This document shows, in pieces, positions 1-9,463 of a stretch of 64,000 bases of DNA. The notes below the pieces were generated by a model, which was not told where the DNA came from, searched no databases, and worked only from the letters and a program-made list of their open reading frames with translations. The position numbers were made by a program, and so were the translations under genes. The stretch is taken from assembly GCA_038239485.1 (NCBI GenBank), contig JBBSET010000008.1, positions 8,857 to 72,856 on the forward strand, in the 5' to 3' direction. The DNA comes from Propionibacteriales bacterium. GTDB lineage: Bacteria; Actinomycetota; Actinomycetes; Propionibacteriales; Nocardioidaceae. Within the stretch, counting starts at the first letter, position 1. The number at the start of each line of letters is the position of its first letter.

Positions 1-816
1 AGCGTCCGGCGACTGCCTGAGCCGCCTGACCAGGGCACGGTGGACCGGCTCCCCGTGGTACAGGGCCGCCTCCGAAGTGTGCACCATCAGCTTCTGCCAG
101 ATCCCGAGCCCCTGGTCGTCGGCGGCGGGCAACAGATGCGGCCGCGCGAGCAGCTCCCCGTCGCGCTTGCAGACACGTACCCGCTCAACGGTGATGAGCG
201 GCCGCTCCAGCAAGGCCGCGAGCTGCGGGAGAACCGCCAAGACCCGCTCCCCCGTCGCCACCGCGATGACCATGGCCGGAACGTCGTTGTTGCCGCCGAA
301 GAACTGGGCCCGCTGGCGCTGACCGCGGGCGGTGCCGTCGACGCCCACGAGTACCGAGGCGCCGGCGATACCGGAGCGGTGGAGCAGCCCGCACACGGCG
401 ACGAATGCGGGAACCCGGTGTGCCTTCTGTTGGCGGCCCAGGTAGATCGTCAGCTTGGTGGCCGCGCCGTGCTCCGTCGGCAGAGCCAGGTTGGCGATGG
501 CGTCGGAGGCGAGCCTGGCCCGCTCGAGTGTGAACAGGCCGCGGCCACCCAGCCGGGTCAGGTCGCCCAGCAGGTCCTGGATCCGGTCGGCTGTGTCGAC
601 CCCGATGGCGACCAGCGGTGGGTCCTGCGACATCGACAGCGACTGGTCGGTGCGCAGGTGGTGACGTAGACCGAACCCGGCCATCCCCCGGAGCAGGATG
701 CTGGTGACCAGCTCATGGTCCCCGAACAGGTCGAGGAGCGCGTCGGCATAGAGTCGGCCACCCGCGCGCTGCCGCTCCCCGAAGTATGCGGTGAGCTTGA
801 GGTACTCGCCCTTCAC
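1..816 (-). CDS. DUF190 (PII-like fold) domain protein with at least three tandem DUF190 repeats; C-terminal end runs off the left edge of the window
   Basis: Open minus-strand frame absent from the ORF track because it has no stop inside the window. My translation from GTG at 816 reads [28 protein letters not shown]...GMAGFG..., then a second repeat ATKLTIYLGRQQKAHRVPAFV...GASVLVGVDG, then a third beginning WQKLMVHTSEAALYHGEP. Its start overlaps the crcB stop (GTGA at 813-816). DUF190 genes classically accompany crcB. Confidence 0.7.
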   Translation of the reverse strand, partial: MKGEYLKLTAYFGERQRAGGRLYADALLDLFGDHELVTSILLRGMAGFGLRHHLRTDQSLSMSQDPPLVAIGVDTADRIQDLLGDLTRLGGRGLFTLERARLASDAIANLALPTEHGAATKLTIYLGRQQKAHRVPAFVAVCGLLHRSGIAGASVLVGVDGTARGQRQRAQFFGGNNDVPAMVIAVATGERVLAVLPQLAALLERPLITVERVRVCKRDGELLARPHLLPAADDQGLGIWQKLMVHTSEAALYHGEPVHRALVRRLRQSPDA

Positions 817-1178
817 AGTGCCCCCCCGATCAGGCGCCCGAGGGCTGCCGCCGCCACGCCCAGGACCAGGCTGACGACGAGGTTGCTGGCGGCGCCGGTG
901 AGCTGGCGCTCCTCGCTGAGGCGTTGAGTCTCCAGCATCCAGGTGGAGAAGGTGGTGTACGAGCCCACGAGGGCCGTCCCCGCGAGCAGGGTGGCGTCGG
1001 ACGCGAGCGCGAGCCCACTGACGAAGCCGAGCACGGCGGCGCCGGAGACGTTGACCGCAAGCGTGCCGTAGGGGAAGACATGCGGGGTCCGTCGCTGCAC
1101 CCACTGGTCGACGACGAAGCGCAGAACGGCCCCCGTCCCCCCGATCAGGCCGACACCGAGCCAGAGCAGGGTAGTCAT
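813..1178 (-). CDS. crcB: Fluoride ion channel CrcB/FluC (second subunit of a pair)
   Basis: 121 aa with 4 TM helices and CrcB-type motifs ([26 protein letters not shown]). Start overlaps the stop of the upstream crcB. Confidence 0.9.
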   Translation of the reverse strand: MTTLLWLGVGLIGGTGAVLRFVVDQWVQRRTPHVFPYGTLAVNVSGAAVLGFVSGLALASDATLLAGTALVGSYTTFSTWMLETQRLSEERQLTGAASNLVVSLVLGVAAAALGRLIGGAL

Positions 1179-1573
1179 ACGTAGGTCCGGACGCGTCGTA
1201 CCAACGCCGTGGCGACATGAACCGCGACCAGACCGGCGACGATACTGGCCGCGGCATAGCCGACGGCGAGTGCGACGTGACCTCCGCCGAGCATCTTGAC
1301 GATCTCGACCTGCATCGTGGAGAACGTCGTCAGTCCGCCGCAGAGACCGGTGCCGAGCAGGGGACGGCGATAGCTCGATACCGGCAGCCTCTCCTGGAGG
1401 CGGGTGGCGACGTAGCCCAGGAGGAATGCTCCGGCGATGTTGACCCCGAAGGTGGCCCAGGGCCAGCGGGACGGGTCGGACACGAGGGTTTCGGCCAGCG
1501 CTGCTCGCAGCAGTGTCCCTGCGGCCCCACCGACGAAGATCGCGACCAGCTCGCGACTGTCAACTGCGGCCAA
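1175..1573 (-). CDS. crcB: Fluoride ion channel CrcB/FluC (first subunit of a pair)
   Basis: 132 aa with motifs [15 protein letters not shown] and [12 protein letters not shown]. Tandem crcB pairs, presumed heterodimers, are typical of actinobacteria. Confidence 0.9.
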   Translation of the reverse strand: MAAVDSRELVAIFVGGAAGTLLRAALAETLVSDPSRWPWATFGVNIAGAFLLGYVATRLQERLPVSSYRRPLLGTGLCGGLTTFSTMQVEIVKMLGGGHVALAVGYAAASIVAGLVAVHVATALVRRVRTYV

Positions 1574-1608
1574 CGACCTGCTCCTGGCTCACCGGCCCGC
1601 GACCTGAC

Positions 1609-2487
1609 TCAGGCACCACCGGCGGACACGATGGCGTCGGTGATGAAGCCAGCGAGCAGCCCGAGCAGCAGTCCGTAGGCGACGAGGTCGCTCCGCCTTG
1701 CCCTGGCGGCGACGCCGAGCAGCTGGGCGATGACATACACGATCGAACCGGCGGCCAGCGTGAGGAAGACCACACTGACGGGCTCAGAGGAGAAACTGTG
1801 ACCGACGGCGGTGCCCACGAAGGTCGGGCCGCCGCCGATGGTGGCCATGGCCAGCAGGAAGCCCCACCCCGGCCGGGTCGCGACCCCGTCGATATCGACG
1901 TCCGCAGCGAGGGGGGCGACGATGCCGAACCCCTCTGTTGCGTTGTGGAGGGCGAAACCGATGACCAGGACCGTCGCGAAGGCGATCTCGCCGCTTGCGG
2001 CGGCCTGCCCGATGGCGAGGCCCTCGGCGAAGTTGTGCAGGCCGATGCCGATGGCGATGAGCAACGACAGCCGGCGGGCAGCCGACCAGCTGCTGATCCC
2101 TGCTCGTCGCGCGTTGCGGTCAGTGACCGCCATCGCGCCTGGGCCGATGCCGGCCGCTGGCATGGCGGGTTTCGCGTGGGCCATGTAGCGGTCATAGCCG
2201 ACCAGGCTGAGCAACCCCACCGAGAGGCCGCCTACGAACAGTGCCCCGTAGCCCGCGACGGGGGCGAAACCACCGCTACCCGCGTGCAGCGCCGACAGCG
2301 CCGAGTCGATCGGCTCCCAGGCGGCAGTGGTGACATCCCAGAACAAGAACAGCAGCACGCCGACGGCCGTAGCGTTCAGGAAGACCCGCAACCGCGGTGC
2401 CGGGCGACGCAACCGCCCGACAGGCAGTCCCAGCACGATCGTCACCCCGGCGATGAACCCGAGCAACAACGTCGTTGGCAGACCCAC
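1609..2487 (-). CDS. ZIP family metal (Zn/Fe/Mn) permease, ZupT/GufA-like
   Basis: 292 aa polytopic protein with the ZIP signature GIGLHNFAEGLAIG and a second HNATEGF motif. AGGAG lies 6 nt upstream of the GTG start. Only 35 nt separate it from the crcB pair. Confidence 0.85.
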   Translation of the reverse strand: MGLPTTLLLGFIAGVTIVLGLPVGRLRRPAPRLRVFLNATAVGVLLFLFWDVTTAAWEPIDSALSALHAGSGGFAPVAGYGALFVGGLSVGLLSLVGYDRYMAHAKPAMPAAGIGPGAMAVTDRNARRAGISSWSAARRLSLLIAIGIGLHNFAEGLAIGQAAASGEIAFATVLVIGFALHNATEGFGIVAPLAADVDIDGVATRPGWGFLLAMATIGGGPTFVGTAVGHSFSSEPVSVVFLTLAAGSIVYVIAQLLGVAARARRSDLVAYGLLLGLLAGFITDAIVSAGGA

Positions 2488-2515
2488 AGCAACTCCTATC
2501 GACGATCCGTGTGCA

Positions 2516-2530
2516 AGGTAAGGCTTACCT
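2516..2530. promoter_or_regulatory. Perfect 7-1-7 palindrome AGGTAAG-G-CTTACCT, candidate DtxR/IdeR/MntR-family metalloregulator operator
   Basis: Lies 29-43 nt upstream of the ZIP permease start. The 19-mer 2514-2532 matches the IdeR/DtxR box TTAGGTTAGGCTAACCTAA at 13 of 19 positions, including the central GGC, by my hand alignment. Confidence 0.35.
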
Positions 2531-2706
2531 CATTCTCGCACTGGCGCAAGTCGACTCTGGTTACAGGCCTGTCACAGCAGGCCGAAGCTGGCGCCCCCCG
2601 GGGTGTCTTCGGTGCGGGCCGAGCGCCGTCCCTGGGTCGGAGTCGGCGAACGACGACGGGGCCGCGGCCGCGGGGGTCGGGTCCGCGAGCCCGTCGACAG
2701 CGGGCG

Positions 2707-3972
2707 TCAGACCTGCCGGTATCGCGGCGGGCTGACGCCCAGCAGGGTGAACCGACCCAAGTGGTGGTACTTCCAGCGGATCGGGTCCTCGAGGGAGTGG
2801 GTGCGCGTGTTGCGCCAGTGTCGGTCCAGGTTCATCGACCTCGCCGCCGCGGCCGGGCCCCCGAGCTCGAATGCTCCACTCGTCACCGCAAGCGCGGCCC
2901 GCTCGGCCAGCACCTTCACGGTCGCGACGGCGACGGCCGCCTCGGCGGCCGACCACTCCGACGGGTTCAGCATCGACTCCGTCACCGCTCCCGACGCCAC
3001 CAGCAGAGCGGCTTCGGCGGCTACCACCTCGACTGTCAGCTCTCCGAAACGCTGGACCAGCAAGGGATCGTCATGCGCACGCTGGACGATGCGCCTCGTG
3101 GACCGCGCGAGCCGACGTGCGCACGAACTCGGCAGTCTCTGCGAGGACGGCGCCGGCGATACCGACCTCGATGGCCGCGTGCAGCAGCTGCGCGAACGAC
3201 CCGACGGCATGGGTGCCGACGAGTGCTTTGCCACGCCGCAGGATGTGCTCCGAGGGGATGCGGACGTCGAAGAACTCCACTGTGCCGCTGGCAGCGGTGC
3301 GCTGCCCGATGTCGTCGGAGTCGTCGGTGACGACCACTCCGTCGGCAGACCTCGGTACGAAGGCAACCAGCTCCTCGCCGCCTTCGGGTGTGCCGTCGTC
3401 CAGCCTGGCCAGCGTCGGCAGCCACCGGGAGAAGAGCGCGCCCGTCGCGTGGCCCTTGGTCCCGTTCAGCCGGAAGACACCGGGCTCGTCGCGGGTGAGC
3501 CGGGTAGGCACCGCGGCCGGCTGGGCCACCGAGCCCGGGCGGCCTGGTGCGGATAGAGATCCGTCTGCGCCGTCCCCAGCACGGCACCGGACAGGATCTC
3601 GCCGAAGAAGAACCGCTTCTGCTCCGGGTTACCGGCCACCCGCAACAGATGGGCGTTCACGAAGTGACCGTGCTGGATCTGGGCGATGTTGGGGTCGGCC
3701 CGGGCGATCACACGGAAGACCTCCGCGACCGTCTCGGGCGAGACGTCGGCACCGCCGTACTCGGCCGGAACCGTGACCGCCAACAGACCAGTGCGGACGA
3801 GCTCACGGACCTGCTGGTCGGGAACCACCCGGCTACGGTCGCGTTCGGCCGCGCCGAGCGCGAAGACGGCGCCCAGCTCCAGAGCAACCGCGCGCGCCGA
3901 CGCGTCGTCCAGGACCGGCACCCGTCCCGGCTCGAGTGCCGTCGACTCATGATCTGCGGACGCGTAGGTCAT
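2707..3972 (-). pseudogene. SfnB/DszC-like acyl-CoA dehydrogenase-family (sulfur-acquisition oxidoreductase type) gene disrupted by two frameshifts
   Basis: Three overlapping minus-strand ORFs (3466..3972, 3071..3529, 2707..3366) carry consecutive N-terminal, middle and C-terminal parts of one ~420-aa protein. The parts read VPAEYGGADVS...NIAQIQHGHF, then FRLNGTKGHATGA...GTVEFFDV...LLHAAIEVGIAGAVL, then DDPLLVQRFGEL...MNLDRHWRNTRTHSLEDPIRWKY. The outer parts share a frame and the middle part is shifted. The junctions lie near 3560-3580 and near 3097. Confidence 0.6.
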
Positions 3973-4029
3973 CGCTGTCCCTCCGGAGCATTGCCGGACC
4001 CGATGAGGGGCCAGGCGGCATCTCGATCG

Positions 4030-4799
4030 TGCGGTGCTCTGGTGCTCTGGGCGATGCGCCGCGGGATGGCGGAGTCGTCGGTATGGGAGAAGGCGCAGCA
4101 GCCTCAGGGCGGGGCGGCCGCGGCGGGCGGCGCTGGCGTCAGCCAGCTGCTGAGCCGCCGCAACATCGGCGCGCTGCTGTTCCTGATGGGGATGTACGGG
4201 TTCTGGAACCTGTTTGCCGGGACCAACGGCTTCTTCCTGCCCTACATCTTGAGCACCGTCGGCTCCCAGAGCCAGGCCACCAGTGTCGCCCTCCAGTGCG
4301 CCATCTTCGTGTTGTCCATGCTCTCGATCGCCTTCGTCTTCATGCGGCTCGTGGACACGGCCAACCAGAAGTACCTCCTCGGCTTCGCGTCGGCGATCCA
4401 GGTCGTCGGAATCGGCTGCTCGCGGTCTTCCACCTCACCTTGCCGGTAGCGTTGATCTATGTCCTCCTGATCGGCATCGGGCAGGGGATGGGCCAGCAGT
4501 CGTTCTTCCAGCTCTGGAGCGGGGAGCTCTTCCCGACGCTTCTGCGCAGCACCGCCCAGGGGCTGATCTTCGCCGTGGTCCGGATCGCGCTTGGCATCTG
4601 GAGCCTGTTCGTGCCGACGCTGACAGACCATGCGGGCTTCCACACCGTGGCATGGATCCTGACGGCGTTCGTCTTCACCAGCGGCCTGATCGGCTGGTTC
4701 TTCGCGCCCTCCAACGGCGGCAAGTCGCTCGACCAGATCCAGCAGGAGCGCCGAGAAGAAGACAGCGTTGGCGCCGCACGCGGTCAGCCGGCTCGTTGA
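4030..4799 (+). pseudogene. MFS (sugar-porter-like) transporter remnant: C-terminal six-helix half only, with an internal frameshift
   Basis: The tail of ORF 3547..4449 (LLFLMGMYGFWNLFAGTNGFFLPYIL...) continues in the frame of ORF 3936..4799 (LLAVFHLTLPVALIYVLLIGIGQGMGQQSFFQLWSGELFPT...). The frame switches near 4415. The N-terminal six helices are missing; only ~57 bp separate the remnant from the neighbouring gene start. Confidence 0.55.
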
Positions 4800-6202
4800 G
4801 GCAGGTACCGCACCGGCTCGTTCATCGCGGCTACCATCGGCCGCAGCGCCTCCAGGTCCCCGTGGATCTCCCCCAGCGCCCGGGCCTGGATCAGCACGTT
4901 GCCCAAGGCAGTCGCCTCGACGGGCCCGGCCAGCACCGGCTTGCCACTTCTGTCGGCGGTCAGCTGACAGAGCAGCCGGTTCTGCGAGCCGCCGCCGACG
5001 ATATGGATGACATCGACCCTGCGACGCGTCAGCTCAGCCGCCCGGTCGACGCTGCGTGCGAACGCCTCGGCCAGGCTCTCGAGGATGCAGCGGACCATGG
5101 CCGGTCGACTGTCCGGAGTCGGTAGGCCAAAGTCGCGGCAGTACTCAGCGACGCGCTTCGGCATGTCCCCAGCGGCCATGAAGCGGGCGTCGTCCACGTC
5201 GAAGACCGGTACCGGCTCGCCGACGTCGCCGGCCTGGGCAACCAGGGCCGGCAGGTCGATCGCGTCGCCGTCGCGCTCCCACTGGCGGATCGCCTCACTC
5301 AGCAGCCACAGCCCCATCACGTTGTGGAGGAACCGGATCCGCTGGTCGACGCCGCGCTCGTTGGTGAACCTGGCCCCCCGGGCTTCGTCGCTCAGCACCG
5401 GCTGCTCCACCTCGACACCGACCAGGCCCCAGGTGCCGCACGAGATGTAGGCGGCGTCGCCGGCGTCCATCGGCATGGCGACGACTGCGGAGGCCGTGTC
5501 GTGCGACCCGACTGTGGTCAGGGCCAGCGAGCCAGGTGCGCTCAGCTCCTTCGCCACGGCGGGACGCAGTCCGCCGAGGCTGGTACCCGGCTCGGTCAAG
5601 GGCTGCAGGATCCGGCTCGGCAGGTTGAGCCGCCCGGCCAGGTCGGTGTCCCACTCTCGCGTGCGCACGTCGACCAGACCGGTGGTCGACGCGTTCGTCG
5701 CCTCGCAGATCTGGTATCCGCCCAGCCAGTAGGCGAGCAGGTCAGGGATGAGAAGCATGGCGTCGGCACTGGCGAGAAGGTCGTCCTCGGCCGCAAGCTG
5801 GTACAAGGTGTTGAAGGGCAGGTACTGCAGCCCGTTGCGCGGGTAGAGCTGCTGCGGGGTCACGGTGCCATGGACGGTCCTGGCGCCGGCTTCGCATCGC
5901 CGGTCCCGATAGTGGTACGGCGTGCCGACCATCCGGCCGCCGTGCATCAGCGCATAGTCACAGCCCCAGGAGTCGATCCCGATGCTGGCCAGACCGGGTT
6001 CCTCGCGCACCGCGAGGCCGAGCCCGTGGACCACGTTGCGGTACAGCTCCAGGATGTTCCAGTGCAGCCCGTCGGAGGTCTCGACCGGCGTGTTGGCGAA
6101 GCGGTGCACGGTGGACAGCGCGAAGGACGGCCCGTCGAACCGGCCCAGTATCACTCGCCCACTGGTCGCGCCGAGGTCGACGGCTGCGACGACGCTCGAC
6201 AC
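4784..6202 (-). CDS. rhaB: Rhamnulokinase (FGGY carbohydrate kinase family)
   Basis: 472 aa. The N-terminus VAAVDLGATSGRVILGRF...HRFANTPV...GLHWNI is typical of RhaB. It is the last gene of the rhamnose operon. Confidence 0.9.
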   Translation of the reverse strand: MSSVVAAVDLGATSGRVILGRFDGPSFALSTVHRFANTPVETSDGLHWNILELYRNVVHGLGLAVREEPGLASIGIDSWGCDYALMHGGRMVGTPYHYRDRRCEAGARTVHGTVTPQQLYPRNGLQYLPFNTLYQLAAEDDLLASADAMLLIPDLLAYWLGGYQICEATNASTTGLVDVRTREWDTDLAGRLNLPSRILQPLTEPGTSLGGLRPAVAKELSAPGSLALTTVGSHDTASAVVAMPMDAGDAAYISCGTWGLVGVEVEQPVLSDEARGARFTNERGVDQRIRFLHNVMGLWLLSEAIRQWERDGDAIDLPALVAQAGDVGEPVPVFDVDDARFMAAGDMPKRVAEYCRDFGLPTPDSRPAMVRCILESLAEAFARSVDRAAELTRRRVDVIHIVGGGSQNRLLCQLTADRSGKPVLAGPVEATALGNVLIQARALGEIHGDLEALRPMVAAMNEPVRYLPQRAG

Positions 6203-6206
6203 GGGA

Positions 6207-8246
6207 CTACCGGAGGAATCCGGCGGCGACGCCCGCGTCGACCGGGATGTGGAGTCCGGTGGTGTGGGTCATGTCGGGGCCGCACAGGACGAAGACGGCG
6301 TTGGCGACGTGGTCGGGGAGAACCTCGCGCTTGAGGATGGTCCGCTGTGCGTAGAACGCCCCCAGGTCCTCCTCGGCGACCCCGTAGACGGCCGCTCGCT
6401 TGGCGCCCCAACCGCCGGCGAAGATCCCGGACCCCTGGACGACGCCGTCGGGGTTGATCCCGTTGACCTTGACGCCGTACTCACCCAGCTCGGCGGCGAG
6501 CAGGCGCACCTGGTGGGCCTGGTCGGCCTTCACCGCGGAGTACGCGATGTTGTTGGGCCCGGCGAAGACGGCGTTCTTGGAGCAGATGTAGACGATGTCG
6601 CCGCCCAGCTTCTGGTCGATCAGGACCTTGGCTGCGGCCCGTGAGATCAGGAACGAGCCCTTGGCCATCACGTTGTGCTGCAGGTCCCAGTCGGCGACCG
6701 TGGTCTCGAGCAGCGACTTCGACAGGGACAGACCCGCGTTGTTGACCACGATGTCCAGCCCGCCGAAGGCCAGCACGGCCTCGTCCACGGCCGCCTGGAC
6801 GAGCGCCTCGTCGCTGACGTCGACCTGGACGCCGACGGCGACGTCGCTAACGCCGATCCCGGCGGCCGCGGCCTGCGCCTTCTCCAGGCTCAGGTCGGCG
6901 ACCACCACACAGGCGCCCTCGGCGGCGAGCCGTTCGGCGATCGCCTTGCCGATTCCCGAAGCCGCCCCGGTGACCAGCGCGATCCTGGTCGCCAGCGGCT
7001 TCGGCTTCGGCATCCGCTGGAGCTTCGCCTCCTCCAGCGCCCAGTACTCGATCCGGAACTTCTCCGCCTCGTCGATCGGGGCGTACGTCGACAGCGCCTC
7101 AGCGCCGCGCATCACGTTGATCGCGTTGACGTAGAACTCGCCCGCGACCCGAGCGGTCTGCTTGTCCTTGCCGAAGCTGTACATCCCCACGCCCGGCACC
7201 AGCACGATCAGCGGGTCCGCGCCCCGGATCGGCGGCGAGTTCTCGGTGGCGTGCCGGTCGTAGTAGGCCTGGTAGTCGGCCCGGTACGCCTCGTGCAGCT
7301 CGCCCAGCCGGGCGACGCACTCCTCCACGGTTGCGGTCGCCGGCAGGTCGAGGACCAGCGGCTTCACCTTCGTCCGCAGGAAGTGGTCCGGGCAGCTCGT
7401 ACCCAGTGCGGCCAGCTCCGGGTGCCGCTCGCTGCTCAGGAACTCCAGCACGACCTCGACGTCGGTGAAGTGCCCTACCTGCGGCTTGTCCATGCTGGCA
7501 ATCGACCGGACGACCGGTGCCAGCGCGACGGCCCTCGCGCGCCGCTGATCGGTCGGGAGCGGCTCGTATCCGGTGAGCGCAGGGCCGAAGGGCTCGGGTC
7601 TGCCGTTCTCTGCGATGTACGCCGCGGCCGTGTCGATGATCCACAGCGAGTTGCGCTCACAGTCGGCGCTGGTGTCGCCCCACGCAGTGATGCCGTGGCC
7701 GCCGAGGATGCAGCCGACCGCGTCGGGGTTGGCCACCTTGATCGCGGCGATGTCCAAGCCAAGCTGGAAGCCGGGGCGCCGCCACGGCACCCACACCACC
7801 TGGTCGCCGAAGATCTTCGCTGTCAGATCCTCGCCGTCCGCTGCCGTCGCGACGGCGATACCGGCGTCGGGGTGCAGGTGGTCGACATGGGCGGAGTCCA
7901 CCAGGCCGTGCATGGCGGTGTCGATCGACGGCGCCGCCCCACCCTTGCCGTGCAGGCAGTAGTCGAACGCGGCCACCATCTCGTCCTCGCGCTCGACGCC
8001 CGGATACACGTCGACCATGGACCGGAGCCGGTCCAGGCGCAGCACCGCCAGCCCCGGCTCGGTGAGCGTTCCGAGGTCACCCCCCGACCCCTTGACCCAC
8101 ACCAGCTCGATGTCCAAGCCGGTCACGGGATCGGTGCCGGCGCCCTTCGCGGACGTGTTGCCGCCGGCATAGTTCGTGTTCTTCGGGTCCGCGCCGAGCC
8201 GGTTCGACCGCTCGATCAGCTCAGAAACGGTACTCATGCCCCCCAT
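6207..8246 (-). CDS. Bifunctional rhamnulose-1-phosphate aldolase / short-chain dehydrogenase
   Basis: 679 aa with an N-terminal class II aldolase/adducin domain (NTNYAGGNTSAKG) and a C-terminal SDR domain (VTGAASGIGKA, NNAG, YSAVK). An alternative ATG at 8237 gives an ATGA overlap with the rhaI stop. Confidence 0.9.
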   Translation of the reverse strand: MGGMSTVSELIERSNRLGADPKNTNYAGGNTSAKGAGTDPVTGLDIELVWVKGSGGDLGTLTEPGLAVLRLDRLRSMVDVYPGVEREDEMVAAFDYCLHGKGGAAPSIDTAMHGLVDSAHVDHLHPDAGIAVATAADGEDLTAKIFGDQVVWVPWRRPGFQLGLDIAAIKVANPDAVGCILGGHGITAWGDTSADCERNSLWIIDTAAAYIAENGRPEPFGPALTGYEPLPTDQRRARAVALAPVVRSIASMDKPQVGHFTDVEVVLEFLSSERHPELAALGTSCPDHFLRTKVKPLVLDLPATATVEECVARLGELHEAYRADYQAYYDRHATENSPPIRGADPLIVLVPGVGMYSFGKDKQTARVAGEFYVNAINVMRGAEALSTYAPIDEAEKFRIEYWALEEAKLQRMPKPKPLATRIALVTGAASGIGKAIAERLAAEGACVVVADLSLEKAQAAAAGIGVSDVAVGVQVDVSDEALVQAAVDEAVLAFGGLDIVVNNAGLSLSKSLLETTVADWDLQHNVMAKGSFLISRAAAKVLIDQKLGGDIVYICSKNAVFAGPNNIAYSAVKADQAHQVRLLAAELGEYGVKVNGINPDGVVQGSGIFAGGWGAKRAAVYGVAEEDLGAFYAQRTILKREVLPDHVANAVFVLCGPDMTHTTGLHIPVDAGVAAGFLR

Positions 8247-9463
8247 CCCGCCTGCTGGCCGCCGACCCGCTCGGCCACGATCTTCTCCGCATACCCCGAC
8301 CCCGCATAGGCCCGCATCGGATCGGGGTCGAGGCCCTGCTCGGTCCGGAGCTCCGCCAGCAGCGGCCTCACGTCGGTGTTGTAGGCGTCCATCAACACGC
8401 CGTGGGCACCCAGCACATCACCGGCCGACTGCGCGGTCGACAACGCATCGGTGTCGACCAGCAGTGCCTTCGCGGTCGCCTCCTGGACATTCATCACCGA
8501 CCGGATCTGACCCGGGATCTTCGGCTCGATGTTGTGACACTGGTCCAGCATGAACGCGATCTGCGTCTCGGAATCGAGCCCGCCGGCCGTCACCACCTCG
8601 AACAGGATCCGGAACAGCTGGAACGGGTCGGCTGCACCCACGATCAAGTCGTCGTCGGCATAGAACCGCGAGTTGAAGTCGAACGCCCCCAGCTTGTCGG
8701 CGCGCATCAGGAACGCCACGATGAACTCGATGTTGGTCCCCGGCGCATGATGGCCTGTGTCCACGCATACCTTCGCGCGCTCGCCCAACGTCAGGCAGTG
8801 GGCGTACGACGTCCCCCAGTCCGGCACGTCCATCGTGTAGAACGCCGGCTCGAACAGCTTGTACTCCAAGATCAGCCGCTGATCGCTGCCCAACCGGCCG
8901 TACACCGCCGACAGCGCCTCGGCCAACCGGTCCTGACGGGCCCGGATGCTGTCCTGGCCGGGATAGTTCGTGCCGTCGGAGAACCAGAGCTTCAGGTCCC
9001 GCGACCCGGTCTGGTCCATCACGTCCACGCACGCGAACAGGTGGTCCAGCGCCTTGCGCCGCACCTGCGGGTCGGGGTTCGTGACGCTGCCCAGCACGTA
9101 GTCGTCGTCCTGGAACACGTTGGCGTTGATGGTGCCCAGGCGGATGCCCTGGTCACGCGCGGCCTCGCCGAGGAGGGCGTAGTCGTCGACGACGTCCCAC
9201 GGGATGTGCAGCGCGATGCTCGGCGCCACCCCCGTATAGGCGTGGACCTGGGCGGCGTCGGCGATCTTCTCGAACGGGTCGCGCGGCACGCCCTTCTGAG
9301 CGAACACCTTGAACCGCGTGCCCGAGTTGCCGAACGCCCACGAGGGCAGCTCGATCTGCTGGCCGCGTAGTACGTCCTTGACTCCGTTGGCGTCGACCAC
9401 CGGCGAACCTTCTTTCGAGCTCATGTGTTGGTGTGGAGGTTGGGGCGGGTCAGCCGTTGTCAC
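8234..9463 (-). CDS. rhaI: L-rhamnose isomerase (actinobacterial / Pseudomonas stutzeri type)
   Basis: 409 aa with the motif ELPSWAFGNSGTRFKVF and a xylose-isomerase-like TIM barrel. The GTG at 9463 overlaps the upstream stop (GTGA) and has GAGGT 6 nt upstream. An alternative ATG lies at 9424. Confidence 0.85.
   Translation of the reverse strand: MTTADPPQPPHQHMSSKEGSPVVDANGVKDVLRGQQIELPSWAFGNSGTRFKVFAQKGVPRDPFEKIADAAQVHAYTGVAPSIALHIPWDVVDDYALLGEAARDQGIRLGTINANVFQDDDYVLGSVTNPDPQVRRKALDHLFACVDVMDQTGSRDLKLWFSDGTNYPGQDSIRARQDRLAEALSAVYGRLGSDQRLILEYKLFEPAFYTMDVPDWGTSYAHCLTLGERAKVCVDTGHHAPGTNIEFIVAFLMRADKLGAFDFNSRFYADDDLIVGAADPFQLFRILFEVVTAGGLDSETQIAFMLDQCHNIEPKIPGQIRSVMNVQEATAKALLVDTDALSTAQSAGDVLGAHGVLMDAYNTDVRPLLAELRTEQGLDPDPMRAYAGSGYAEKIVAERVGGQQAGWGA

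Noticed and set aside
1574-2706. Fluoride (crcB motif) riboswitch upstream of the crcB genes or the ZIP gene
   Set aside because: I could not find the conserved GGnGAUGG...AACCGCC...CUGAUGA elements by eye on the minus strand. The 35-nt gap before crcB is too short. An Rfam scan should still confirm this.
1513-3330. 605-aa plus-strand ORF
   Set aside because: It is antisense to the ZIP permease and the SfnB-like pseudogene. Its composition is Arg/Gly-rich low complexity and it has no motifs.
6675-8309. 544-aa plus-strand ORF
   Set aside because: It is antisense to the bifunctional aldolase/SDR gene, a GC artefact.
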